Assembly (NCBI GenBank): GCA_054600435.1
Contig: BAAIJX010000047.1
Location: 62,001 to 126,000 of the forward strand
Length of the DNA: 64,000 nucleotides
Source of the DNA: Neophaeotheca triangularis
Lineage: Eukaryota
Direction: 5' to 3'
Shown: piece after piece, positions 12,656 through 22,751 of the stretch
Layout: every line of letters starts with the position of its first letter
How positions within the stretch are numbered: position 1 is the first letter of the stretch
Position numbers and translations under genes: made by a program
The notes under the pieces: model-generated
Databases searched by the model: none
What the model was told of the DNA's origin: nothing
What the model saw: only the letters and a program-made list of their open reading frames with translations

Positions 12656-13723
12656 GTGGGCTCTATGTTCTCCCGCTCGCAGTCGTCGCCCTCGCAAGCA
12701 CAGCAGCGCAAGCGAGGCAAGGCCACTGGACGCAGACGCGGGAGCGCGCGAGGAGGTGGGCGTGTAAGGGGCGGGAAGAAAGGTACAAAGCGTATGGATT
12801 CCATGAGTATGGACGAACAGGACTCTTCACTGGAAGCGAGAAGCGAGGCATGAGAAAACTTGGTGCCGGCCCACTTTTCGAAGCTGGCGGAGAGAAGACT
12901 GTACACGACGTTCGACGCTGTTGACGAATGACTCTGCTGCTGCGGAAGCAATGGCGAAGGGCAAGGCGTTGGTTTTTCAAGGGCCTGTAGAAAAGGGGTT
13001 CGGATTCTTTTATTGCTGGAGTGGTGGTGCACCCTCTTCTTCCTAGGTCTGCGAAGAATTTTTTGGGGGAAAGACACACGAATCACTACTCTCGCTATAC
13101 CCGACTGTTGCAATGCTTTGCTGGGGATTGCTATGGATGGTCACTTTATTCTTCTATGGGGTGGATTTTTGAGGATATGAGAAGGGGTTTTGATGGGGGC
13201 CCATAGCATTTTGTCGTGGCCTGGCTGGTAGACACGATGGTGTGGTAGAAGTGGTAACGATTGCTTCTTGCCAGTTTACTTACAATGGTTGTTGGTTTCA
13301 CTATGTACACACATTCGTGATTGAGCATACATCTTCGGGTTCGCACATTTTGTCAGGGCGCAACTGTCGTGCACTCCGTGGCAATAGATCCCGTTTTTAC
13401 TTGCAACCGAAGCGCACTGAAGAGAATGAAACTCTTTGCCTAAAGTCGACAGGAGTACTCTCGCGGCGCGAAAGTGCGCTTGTCTGAAGGCTTGGACGAG
13501 TCTCCGGGCGAGAGTCCGACTCGGAAACCGAGTCGGGATTCCAAATTCATCCAGACGCTAGCGCCATCTTGCACCAGCCAATAAGAAGGCCCGTGACTTT
13601 GCGGGCTTTGACTTCTCCGCCTCGAGCACCCAAAACATACTTATATCCACACTCGTTCGCCCAAGCGCCTCGCCCCGCGCCCAGCAACCACACCAACCTA
13701 TACACCACCCGCCAGCCTTAGCA

Positions 13724-14416
13724 ATGATCTGTCAACGCTGCCTCCGCGCCACGCTGCGCTCCCAAACCGCTCTCCCACGCCCCTCCTTCCGAAGCCTCAC
13801 AACCACCTCCCCCCTCCACCAAGCCACGCCAGTAACAGCAGAAACGACGGAAACCACCAACCCTCGCCCCGAATCCCGCGGCCCAGCCGCAACCGCCACG
13901 CCCGGCGTGACGCAACCCTTCAGCACCCCGCTGGAGCCCGCGCCGAGCAATCTCAAACTCCCGATAGCGGCGAAACAAACCAAAGCCCCGGCGCGCATAG
14001 CCAGCAGCTGCGCGGCCGGCACGGTGCTCAAGGGCCTCAACTTCACCAAAGGCGCGCAAGACCCCGTGGCGAAGAAGGACGACGAGTACCCCGCGTGGCT
14101 GTGGCGGGTTCTGGCGCCGGCGAAGAAGGAAGCCGGGGCCGAGGACAAGGGGGTCGAGGAGGGAGACCTGTTCTCCAAGTCCAAGAAGCAGAGGAGGCTG
14201 GCTGCCAAGGCTTTGCGGAAGCTCGAGGCGCAGAATCCCGGTGCGTTGGTGCCCAAGGTGCCGGTTTTTGAACAGAGTGTTGATTTGTTTGCGGGGGATG
14301 GGAGTTTGGAGGGCAGGAAGCAGGCTGGTGAGGTTAGGGGGGATTTGACTAAGGCGATGAGGGGGGAGAGGAGGAGGAGGATTAAGGAGGCCAATTTCTT
14401 GAAGGCTATGGGTTGA
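13724..14416 (+). CDS. Mitochondrial large ribosomal subunit protein mL54 (YmL37-like)
   Basis: Arg/Ser/Thr-rich presequence, then SSCAAGTVLKGLNFTKGAQDPVAKKDDEYPAWLW and C-terminal RRRIKEANFL. Confidence 0.88.
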   Translation: MICQRCLRATLRSQTALPRPSFRSLTTTSPLHQATPVTAETTETTNPRPESRGPAATATPGVTQPFSTPLEPAPSNLKLPIAAKQTKAPARIASSCAAGTVLKGLNFTKGAQDPVAKKDDEYPAWLWRVLAPAKKEAGAEDKGVEEGDLFSKSKKQRRLAAKALRKLEAQNPGALVPKVPVFEQSVDLFAGDGSLEGRKQAGEVRGDLTKAMRGERRRRIKEANFLKAMG

Positions 14417-15527
14417 GTGATGTTTTGGGTTTGTTGCGGTGGGGGTTTGGCGGGGAGGTTGTTGCGGTTGGTGGTGAGTTGAGGAAATGGGATGATTTGA
14501 GCTGTGGGATCTGAGAGAGAGGCGGCGGGTGAGAGAAAGTTGGCGGCTGTCGTGGACGAGACGGCAATGAGTGGATGGAGCCGCTGTGCTGGCATACGAG
14601 CCCCAAGGCTGACTGAGAGGAAGCGCGCGAGCATCACGGGGACAAGACTACATTGTAAAGAGCTGGTAGACCTTTGTATGATATGTACATCACCACTACA
14701 TTGCATTCCGCTTTCCTCTCATCCGGCACTTGCTCGAGCACTGCGGGTTACCGCGATATGCATCGCGCGCGCAGGATCACGGACTAACTGCTTGGAGTCT
14801 TCGCTCGACGCGGCGTGCGCGCACGATTGGTGCCCTTCTAGAGTCCTGGTCGCTTGCTTTATGTGTCAGACGGACTGAGTCCCGCCGTCACGTTGAAGGC
14901 TGGCTTTACAGTGGGCGAGAGAGAGAAGGGACTCTATGAAGTGGGGATAGATGTGGACGGCGGAAGCACATCACCAGAATCAAAGTATACCTAAGCTAAG
15001 GTACTGTATCTGCAGCCTTAGGCTCAGCATTCAAGCTGCGCTAGCTGAGGGACGATTCTCTGTATCCCGACGATTCTCTTACAATTGCGTTGGTTCGAAA
15101 CACCGACCATACACCTTCCAAGTCGGCATGTTACGGTGGGTGCCCGCTGTTGCTTTTGGCCGTTGAAGTCGTCGATAAGGTAAACATGGAAAATAACTAG
15201 AGGTGACTTCCAATCAGCGCGCCGGTATGCCAAAATCCATCCCTGAGCTAGTGCAAAACCCCCGATTGTCTGAGGCTGAAGACGCAACGGTCCGATACGG
15301 CTTGGCAGCGAGCTCGATGCAGTAGCTTCGGTCATTGCATACGTTAACAGGCGACTACGTCCGTCCACCTGGGCATCCATCTATCCCACCTTACTCACTG
15401 GTACCTCAAGCCACGCTCACCCAGCTTACCCCCGAGCTCCCCACCCCCCTTCCCCGTCCTTCAATGTACACTACGACGACATACTAATACCTAAACCCCC
15501 CTGGCCACAAGACGAAGGGGCGTCACA

Positions 15528-18500
15528 ATGGCTGGATTCCGCCGACTAGGCATCGGCCTCGTCCTTGGCCTCGCATGTCTAACCCAAGCCAAGAAGAACC
15601 AACCCGCAATAGAGGAAACAAAGTTCGACTCCCCACCCTCCAACCTCTTCTACTTTGAGGATTCGGATGTCGTCTTGGTGACCGACTCCGAAAAGCACAC
15701 CACCTACCGATCCGAGGACGCTGGCGTCACATGGAAGCCGCTGCAGGATGTTACCAAAGGGGAGGTGCACCAAGTGTTCAAGCATCCGTTTGACAACCAG
15801 GTGGCGATCGTGGTGGGGATAGAGCGGGAACATTGGATAACAAAGAACCAGGGCGAGAGCTGGACAAGCTTCAAGACTGATGCGGGACCTACTCTTGCGA
15901 GGCCGCCGTTGAGCTTCCATGCTACAGACTCGGATCGGATCTTGTTCCTTTCGGCAGATTGTACCGGCTGGGACTGCGACGACAAAGTCTACTATACCAC
16001 TGACGGGTTCGATACGAAACCAAAGCATTTGCGCGACGATGCCATTTCATGCATCTGGGCCAAGTCGCACGATCTGTTCACTACTGGCGATTCTGAAAAG
16101 GACGACGATCGAACGCTATGCATAGTAAAAGGATCCGAATCCCACTTCTCAGCCAACTACCTTTTGCGAATCTCAGACGACTTTTTCGAGTCCGACGGCG
16201 ACCAACCGAAGATGGAGGAAGGGCAGCCAGTGCAGGGTGTCATCAACATTGCCTCGGTCAAGAACTACCTGGTCGTTGCTGCGAAGAGCGAAGGATCTAG
16301 TGAGATGGCCATGTATGTTACGGATGATTCGGAAACCTGGCACAGGGCGCAATTCGGCGAGCACAAGCTGGAGGAAGATGCATACACGCTGCTGGAAAGT
16401 ACAAACTACAGCATGCAGGTGGATGTAATGACGACCACACCGCACACGCCCATGGGCGTTCTGTTCACGAGTAACAGTAATGGGACTTTCTTCACCAAGA
16501 ACATCGAGCATACCAACCGGAATGAGTACGGTATTGTTGATTTTGAGAAGGTGCAGGGTATACAGGGTATCGTCATGGTGAACACTGTCAAGAACTGGGA
16601 AGAAGTCGAGAACAGCTTGCTTGCGGACAGAGAGCTTATCACGAGGATAAGCTTCGACGATGGTCGTACCTGGTCACCCATGACAGCCGACGGCAAAGAC
16701 CTGCATCTTCATTCTGTTACCGATCAGCGCAATTCTGGGAGAATTTTCTCCAGTCCGGCACCAGGGATTGTGATGGGTGTAGGAAACACGGGAAAGCGCC
16801 TGGGCGAGTTCGATGATGGTGATACTTTCGTTTCCGATGATGCAGGCTTGACATGGAGAAAAACGCTTGACGGACCGCACCTGTACGAGTTTGGCGATCA
16901 AGGTGCAATGCTCATCGCCGTTCCATATGGCGAAACCAAGGAGTTCCAGTGGTCGGTCGATCACGGCCGGAAGTGGAAGAGTGTCGAACTCCCGCATAAA
17001 ATCAGGCCTCTTACGTTAACCACCACGCCTGACTCTACGAGCCTAAAGTTCGTCTTGACTGCGACCTCAGGAAAGGAAGGTGATCCCCAGCACTACATCT
17101 ACAGCCTCGACCTCGAAGGCTTGCACAAACGCACGTGCGTTGAGAGCGATTTTGAGGACTGGTATGCTCGAGTCGATGACGACGGTGAGCCAACTTGCAT
17201 CATGGGCCACACACAAATGTACAGACGTCGTAAGCCTCGGAGGGTCTGCTTCGTTGCGGACGAGTTCAAGGATCCTCTGCCAAAGAGTGAGAATTGCAAG
17301 TGTACAAAAGCTGACTACGAATGCGATTACAACTTCGTGCGGAAAGACGGCAAATGTTTACCGGAGGGCTCGATCAAACCTCCTTCCGGCGCGTGCAAAG
17401 AGGAAGGCGATACTTTCCAAGGCCCTTCCGGCTACCGTTTGATACCCGGTAACACTTGCGTGAAGAAGGATGGAGAGGTTTTGGATGAGCCTGTTGAGCG
17501 AGAGTGCAAAGAGAGCCCTAAGAAGAAACCCGTAGTCGACGGGATTAGCAGTGAAGTGACTAACGACTTCAAGGGCGAGCGATTCCAGGAATACTACTAC
17601 CTCGAGCGTTGCGAAAAGTGCGAAGGCGACGACGAGACTGTGATCATGCGGACGAATGACAAGCAAGTTTACGTCACGAAAGACCACGGGAAGAGCTGGT
17701 TCCAGCCGTCAGCACTCAGGGACGAGAAGATCGTCGCCGTGTACCCTCATCAATACTTCAACGATCGCGTCTATCTTGCCACGCCGAGTAAGAAGGTCTT
17801 CTATTCCACCGACCGGGGAGTGAGCTTTCATCATTTCGAGGCCCCCGAGGCACCGAACCAAGACCGTGTGCAGCTCTTGTCGTTTCATCCCAAGGAAAAA
17901 GATTGGTTGATCTGGACGGGCGGACGCGACTGCAAAGACGACGACAGTACAGATTGTCAGACGATTGCGCACGTCAGCAGGAAGAACGGCGAGGATTGGG
18001 AGACGTTACTGAAGGGCGTACGAAAGTGTCTTTTCGTCTACCGTGAAGATCGGCCCGAGTCTGACCAGTTGGTATACTGCGAACAGCACGAAGAGGAGAA
18101 GCGTGACGGCGGCCTCTCGCTATTCAGCAGTAGCGACTGGTTCAATCATAAAGAGGTCGTCAAGCGCGGCGTCATCAATTTCGCCACTATGGCTGAGTAC
18201 ATTGTCGTAGCCATTCGTGACCAGGAGCAGGAGACCCTAGTCGTAGATACCAGCATTGACGGCGTGGAGTTTGCGGATGCGCAGTTCCCGAGAAACTACG
18301 AGATCAAGCACCAGCAGGCGTATACTGTGCTGGACAGCTCGACGCACTCTGTCTTCTTGCATGTCACTGAGAACAACAAAGAGGACGAGGAATACGGCAG
18401 CATCTTCAAGAGTAACAGCAATGGCACGGATTATGTGCTGTCCATCGGCCAGGTCAACCGGAATCAGCCAGGCTATGTTGACTTCGAAAAGATGCAGGGT

Positions 18501-20024
18501 CTCGAAGGTGTAGCCATTGTCAACGTTGTCGCAAACCAGAAGCAGACCGATAAGGGTAACGGGAAGAAGCTAAAGACCATGATCACCCACAACGACGGCG
18601 CAGAGTGGGCGCCGATCCAACGTCCCGAGGAACCGGAGAATAAAAAGAATAAGAAAAAACTCCACAAGTGGTGCAAAGACAAGAATCCTAACAAGTGCAG
18701 TCTCAACCTCCACGGCTATACCGAACGCAAGGACCCCCGTGATACCTACTCCAGTGCCAGCGCCGTCGGTCTCATGATCGGCGTGGGCAATGTAGGCGAG
18801 TTCCTCAGCCCCAAGAAAGATGCAGACACCTTCATCACCCGCGACGGCGGTATAACGTGGACAGTTGTCATGCCCGGTCTCTGGATGTGGGAGTACGGCG
18901 ATCAAGGCAGCATAATCGTCATTGTCAAAGAGAACGAACCCACCAACTACGTCCTCTACAGCCTGAATGAAGGCCGCGACTGGACCGATTACCAATTCTC
19001 TTCTAAAGAGATGGTCGTCAACGACATCACCACCGTCCCCTCCGACACCTCCCTCAACTTCCTTCTCTGGGGCGGGCTCGATGGGGACATGGCAACGGTA
19101 AACATCGACTTCTCGGGCCTTCGCGAACGCAGCGAGCAATGCTCCCCTGAGCAGCTCTATGACTGGTCCCCCAAACACCCTCTCTCGACCGACGACTGCC
19201 TCTTCGGCCACGTGACAGCCTACCACCGCAAAGAGCCTTCAGCTTCCTGCTACAACGGCCGCCACATCCCCTCGCAACTCTCCACAATCTCCCGCAACTG
19301 CACCTGCACCCGCCGAGACTTCGAATGCGACTACAACTTCGAGCGTCAAGCCGACGGCAGCTGCCGCCTCGTGCCAGGCGAAGCCCTTCCCAACCCCCTC
19401 GACCAGTGCAAAAAGAACCCCGACCGTGAAGAATACTACGACATCACCGGCTACCGGCGCATCCCGCTGACCACTTGCCAAGGTGGTCAGGAACTCGACT
19501 TCACCAGCCGCTCACGACCCTGCCCCGGCCACGAAGAAGGCTTTCGCCGTAAACACGCCATCTCCGGCAGCGGCCTCTTCTTCGCCATCGTCCTACCCAT
19601 TGCGGCCGCCGCCGGCGTTGGCTACTGGGTCTGGCGCAACTGGGACGGCAAATTCGGCCGCATCCAGCTCGGTGCGGCCGACAGCTCTTCCTACAGCCCC
19701 CTCGGCGGCAACGGCGTCTCGCTAGGTAGCTCGGCCTTCGACCGCGACGCGCCCTGGGTCAAGTACCCGGTCCTCGCCATCAGTGGGCTCGTTGCCGTCG
19801 TCGCCGCGCTGCCTATGGTTGCGGGTAGTTTGTGGCGGACTGCTAAGCAGAGACTTGGTCGTAGTGGTGGGGGGCCTTGGTATGGTGACGGAGCGCAGAG
19901 GCCTTTTACTTCTCGCAGTAGTTTTCAAAGGGGTAGGGGCGATTATGCTGTTGTTGATGCTGCGGAGGCGGATGAGGGGCAGTTGTTGGGGGAGGATAGT
20001 GAGGATGAGGAGGCGAGGGCTTGA
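15528..20024 (+). CDS. VPS10: Vacuolar sorting receptor Vps10/Pep1 (sortilin family)
   Basis: 1498 aa with a signal peptide, two Vps10 domains with Asp-box repeats (S.D.G.TW), Cys-rich modules (C..ADYECDYNF, GYR.IP...C), one TM helix and an acidic tail. Confidence 0.96.
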   Translation: MAGFRRLGIGLVLGLACLTQAKKNQPAIEETKFDSPPSNLFYFEDSDVVLVTDSEKHTTYRSEDAGVTWKPLQDVTKGEVHQVFKHPFDNQVAIVVGIEREHWITKNQGESWTSFKTDAGPTLARPPLSFHATDSDRILFLSADCTGWDCDDKVYYTTDGFDTKPKHLRDDAISCIWAKSHDLFTTGDSEKDDDRTLCIVKGSESHFSANYLLRISDDFFESDGDQPKMEEGQPVQGVINIASVKNYLVVAAKSEGSSEMAMYVTDDSETWHRAQFGEHKLEEDAYTLLESTNYSMQVDVMTTTPHTPMGVLFTSNSNGTFFTKNIEHTNRNEYGIVDFEKVQGIQGIVMVNTVKNWEEVENSLLADRELITRISFDDGRTWSPMTADGKDLHLHSVTDQRNSGRIFSSPAPGIVMGVGNTGKRLGEFDDGDTFVSDDAGLTWRKTLDGPHLYEFGDQGAMLIAVPYGETKEFQWSVDHGRKWKSVELPHKIRPLTLTTTPDSTSLKFVLTATSGKEGDPQHYIYSLDLEGLHKRTCVESDFEDWYARVDDDGEPTCIMGHTQMYRRRKPRRVCFVADEFKDPLPKSENCKCTKADYECDYNFVRKDGKCLPEGSIKPPSGACKEEGDTFQGPSGYRLIPGNTCVKKDGEVLDEPVERECKESPKKKPVVDGISSEVTNDFKGERFQEYYYLERCEKCEGDDETVIMRTNDKQVYVTKDHGKSWFQPSALRDEKIVAVYPHQYFNDRVYLATPSKKVFYSTDRGVSFHHFEAPEAPNQDRVQLLSFHPKEKDWLIWTGGRDCKDDDSTDCQTIAHVSRKNGEDWETLLKGVRKCLFVYREDRPESDQLVYCEQHEEEKRDGGLSLFSSSDWFNHKEVVKRGVINFATMAEYIVVAIRDQEQETLVVDTSIDGVEFADAQFPRNYEIKHQQAYTVLDSSTHSVFLHVTENNKEDEEYGSIFKSNSNGTDYVLSIGQVNRNQPGYVDFEKMQGLEGVAIVNVVANQKQTDKGNGKKLKTMITHNDGAEWAPIQRPEEPENKKNKKKLHKWCKDKNPNKCSLNLHGYTERKDPRDTYSSASAVGLMIGVGNVGEFLSPKKDADTFITRDGGITWTVVMPGLWMWEYGDQGSIIVIVKENEPTNYVLYSLNEGRDWTDYQFSSKEMVVNDITTVPSDTSLNFLLWGGLDGDMATVNIDFSGLRERSEQCSPEQLYDWSPKHPLSTDDCLFGHVTAYHRKEPSASCYNGRHIPSQLSTISRNCTCTRRDFECDYNFERQADGSCRLVPGEALPNPLDQCKKNPDREEYYDITGYRRIPLTTCQGGQELDFTSRSRPCPGHEEGFRRKHAISGSGLFFAIVLPIAAAAGVGYWVWRNWDGKFGRIQLGAADSSSYSPLGGNGVSLGSSAFDRDAPWVKYPVLAISGLVAVVAALPMVAGSLWRTAKQRLGRSGGGPWYGDGAQRPFTSRSSFQRGRGDYAVVDAAEADEGQLLGEDSEDEEARA

Positions 20025-20633
20025 GCTTTAAGGTTGGCCCACTCAAGGTGCGAAGGTGCGGTGTCTTGGGATGGGAGTGGTGGTTTGGAATTGGGTGAGT
20101 GAGTGGGCTGGGTTTGGACCGGAGGGTTGGAGGGTCGGTAAGGATGGAAGGGGAGTCTAGTGTGGGATTGTGTATTTTTTTCAAACCCTGTGTAGAATAC
20201 GTTTTTGACCCTTTTCGACAGTCATGAAGAAGGGAGGCTTGACGTGACATGCGGTGATGCATCACCACTTTCAGCCAGGATTGGATTCGTACCTTTCCCG
20301 CAGCAGCCCTTGCAGCATCGTCAGAGTTGATTGATTGGTAAGATTCGTCTTCTAAAGCCACCTCCTATTCCGAGTCATGGTTCTATTCACAAGTCCAATT
20401 TGACTACTACTGTCACAACGATGCTTGGCGCTGTAGCTCCAAGACCGCAGCTCAAAGTTCCGCGGCATGCCTTCCCCATCGAGCGTCTGATATCAGACTT
20501 CATCACCAGCAACGCGGTACCTCACTCGATCCAACAATGATCGCTCTCCAACTAGCACTCTCGTGTCTAGCAGCCTACGGCGCGTACTTGAGGTGAGCTG
20601 CCACTCGCACCAAACAAAAACCACGCGCCCTCC

Positions 20634-21939
20634 ATGCCCTCTCGCAATGCCCTCCTCCTCCATCACGCTCTGAAGCCGCACTACTCCCTCGCCCACTCCC
20701 CAATCTGCCGCGCATCTGTCGCTGGAACTCTCAACAGTTACATGTCGCCCACGCTCTGGAAGACGGGCGCTCTGAGCACGTCGATGCGTTCCTTGTCCTC
20801 CGCCAGCCAGCCCTCCTTCACCTACCGCATAGCAGCCGCTTCGGCGGGGAAAAAGACGCCCGCTCGCCCCCCAAAAGCGGGTAGAGATTTCTGGAACTAC
20901 AGCTCTGTGCACGAAAACCCTACGCCGCCTTATTTGCGCTCGAGCAAGAAGGACTCCGGCGAGGATGCTTTCTTCGCGACGACAGTAGGTGCGAGCAAGA
21001 ATCACGTCGCTTTTGGTCTAGCGGACGGGGTGGGTGGATGGCAGGATTCGGGTGTGGATCCTTCGGATTTTAGTCACGGGTTGTGTGGTTTGATGGCGGG
21101 GACTGCGCAGTTACATGAGGGGTTGGCTGAGGGGAAGAATGTGAGGCCCAGGGAGTTGATGCAGACGGCTTATGATGCTGTGTTGGGGAATCCCAGGATT
21201 TTGGCAGGAGGGAGCACGGCTACGGTGGGTGTGTTGGGGGAGAAGGGGGGTTTGGAAGCTGCCAAGTAGGTGCGCCCGCAAAAATGTTGATGGAGAGCAG
21301 GTTGTACTGACATGGGCCTACAGTTTGGGCGACTCCGGCTTCCTGATCATCGGACCTGGCAAGGTGACTTATCGCAGCGAAGCACAGACACATGCCTTCA
21401 ACACGCCTTACCAACTCTCCAAAGTGCCAGCCAAGATGCAAGCGCAACACGCCATCTTCGGGGGCTCCGCACACTTTAGCGAAACGCCTAAACAAGCTGA
21501 TGTAACGACCCACCAACTCCGCCACGGCGACATCGTCCTCTTTGCAACAGACGGAGTATGGGACAACTTATCTGCGCAAGACACTCTCGGCGTTGTTACG
21601 AAAGTGATGGAAGAGAACGGATACTGGTTCAAGAGCCACAATTTCGCGGGCGCCGAGACTATGCTGAATACTTCTATGATCAACAATATCGCCGGGACTC
21701 TGTCGAAGAAGGGGGAAGAGAGCTTTCTTCCCAGCCAAGTCGCTGCCGCTGTTGCACGAGAAGCTAAGTTGGCTGGCCTGGACCCGAGGCGCGAGGGGCC
21801 TTTTGCAAAGGAGGTGAAGAGGAATTTCCCTGGTGAAGCTTGGGAGGGTGGCAAGCCGGATGATATTGCTGTGGTTGTTTGTGTTGCCGTTGAAGATGGG
21901 CAGGGTGAGTCGGAGAAGCCGATTAAAGCCAAGCTTTGA
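20634..21939 (+). CDS. PTC7: PP2C-family phosphatase, Ptc7-like, probably mitochondrial
   Basis: Motifs GEDAFF, GLADGVGGW, GGSTA, ANLGDSGF (across intron 21266-21323), QTHAFNTPYQL, ATDGVWDNL and GGKPDDI. Confidence 0.92.
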
Positions 21940-22536
21940 GGCATCAAGCTAGAAGGATCTTCGAATCGAATGAACCGCAAGGCTGGTGTGGCCTTGGGCA
22001 TGTTGCGGCGTGCGGACCGTTCTCTGCGGAAGGGGAACAAGGTGTCGGCTCTAAGCTACACATCCTTCTGTGAGCGTGGGTCACGCCCAGCAAGTTCAAG
22101 GCGCGTTGATGATCACGGGTGCGAACCTGACACTTGAGTTAGGAAAGCAGAAACGGCTCGCTCTGTAGGGAGACGGCTGAATGGATAGAACGCAGCGGCG
22201 CAGCGGCTGGGGAGGTTGGACACGGGTTCGGACTTGGCTCTTGGAGATGTCGGAACAGAGCCATGAGAAAGTCAAGGCTAGGTAGCCGAGGGATATACTC
22301 GAGAAAAGGGGTGATTCCCTCTGAAACAACAGTAGAGGCAGGAGCAAAAGGCAAAAAATCAGCTTCGCAATCAACACAGTACCCACGCCCAGTAAACCCC
22401 AGTCCTCACCCAGTCTTAACCAGCTACCAACTTACCAACCCCCTTTCTCCCGTCCCATGAATTTGATTTCAAATAATATATTCAACACCACCACTCGGAA
22501 ACCCATCATCAAACCACTCTTCAGGGTACACGGTCG

Positions 22537-22597
22537 GTACGTGCTTAGACTCCACAATCCCACCGAGTCCACACCGGACACTAACAAATCTCTGAAG
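22537..22597 (+). other. Spliceosomal-type intron 1 of tRNA-Ile (61 nt, acceptor stem between nt 5 and 6)
   Basis: 5' GTACGT, branch site ACTAAC at 22580-22585, 3' AAG at 22595-22597. Confidence 0.82.
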
Positions 22598-22610
22598 GTT
22601 AGCTCAGTTG

Positions 22611-22679
22611 GTTCGTCGTCCGCTCATCGCATAATTGCTCCATCACTTTCGGACTGTGATTTTCTAACAATTGCCAAAG
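22611..22679 (+). other. Spliceosomal-type intron 2 of tRNA-Ile (69 nt, D-loop between G18 and G19)
   Basis: 5' GTTCGT, branch site CTAAC at 22664-22668, 3' AAG at 22677-22679. Confidence 0.87.
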
Positions 22680-22738
22680 GTTAGAGCGTGGTGCTAATAA
22701 CGCCAAGGTCGCGAGTTCGACCCTCGTACTGACCATTG

Positions 22739-22751
22739 TTTTTATGTTTTT
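22739..22751 (+). terminator. RNA polymerase III terminator-like oligo-T tracts
   Basis: TTTTTATGTTTTT begins 4 nt after the tRNA discriminator base. Confidence 0.7.

Larger units (their letters stand above)
22532..22735 (+). tRNA. tRNA-Ile(AAU) split by two spliceosomal-type introns (exons 22532-22536, 22598-22610, 22680-22735)
   Basis: Spliced sequence GGTCGGTTAGCTCAGTTGGTTAGAGCGTGGTGCTAATAACGCCAAGGTCGCGAGTTCGACCCTCGTACTGACCA (74 nt) folds fully: acceptor GGTCGGT/ACTGACC, D stem GCTC/GAGC, anticodon stem TGGTG/CGCCA with loop CTAATAA (anticodon AAT at 22696-22698), T stem GCGAG/CTCGT, discriminator A. Confidence 0.9.

Noticed and set aside
13732..14706. 324-aa antisense ORF over mL54
   Set aside because: Mirror frame of a biased coding region; no independent motifs.
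22598..22735. Reading the tRNA as a pseudogene with random insertions or a canonical endonuclease intron
   Set aside because: The inserts are not at position 37/38, both have donor, branch and acceptor signals, and the exons have no disrupting mutations. Disfavoured, but not excluded without RNA data.
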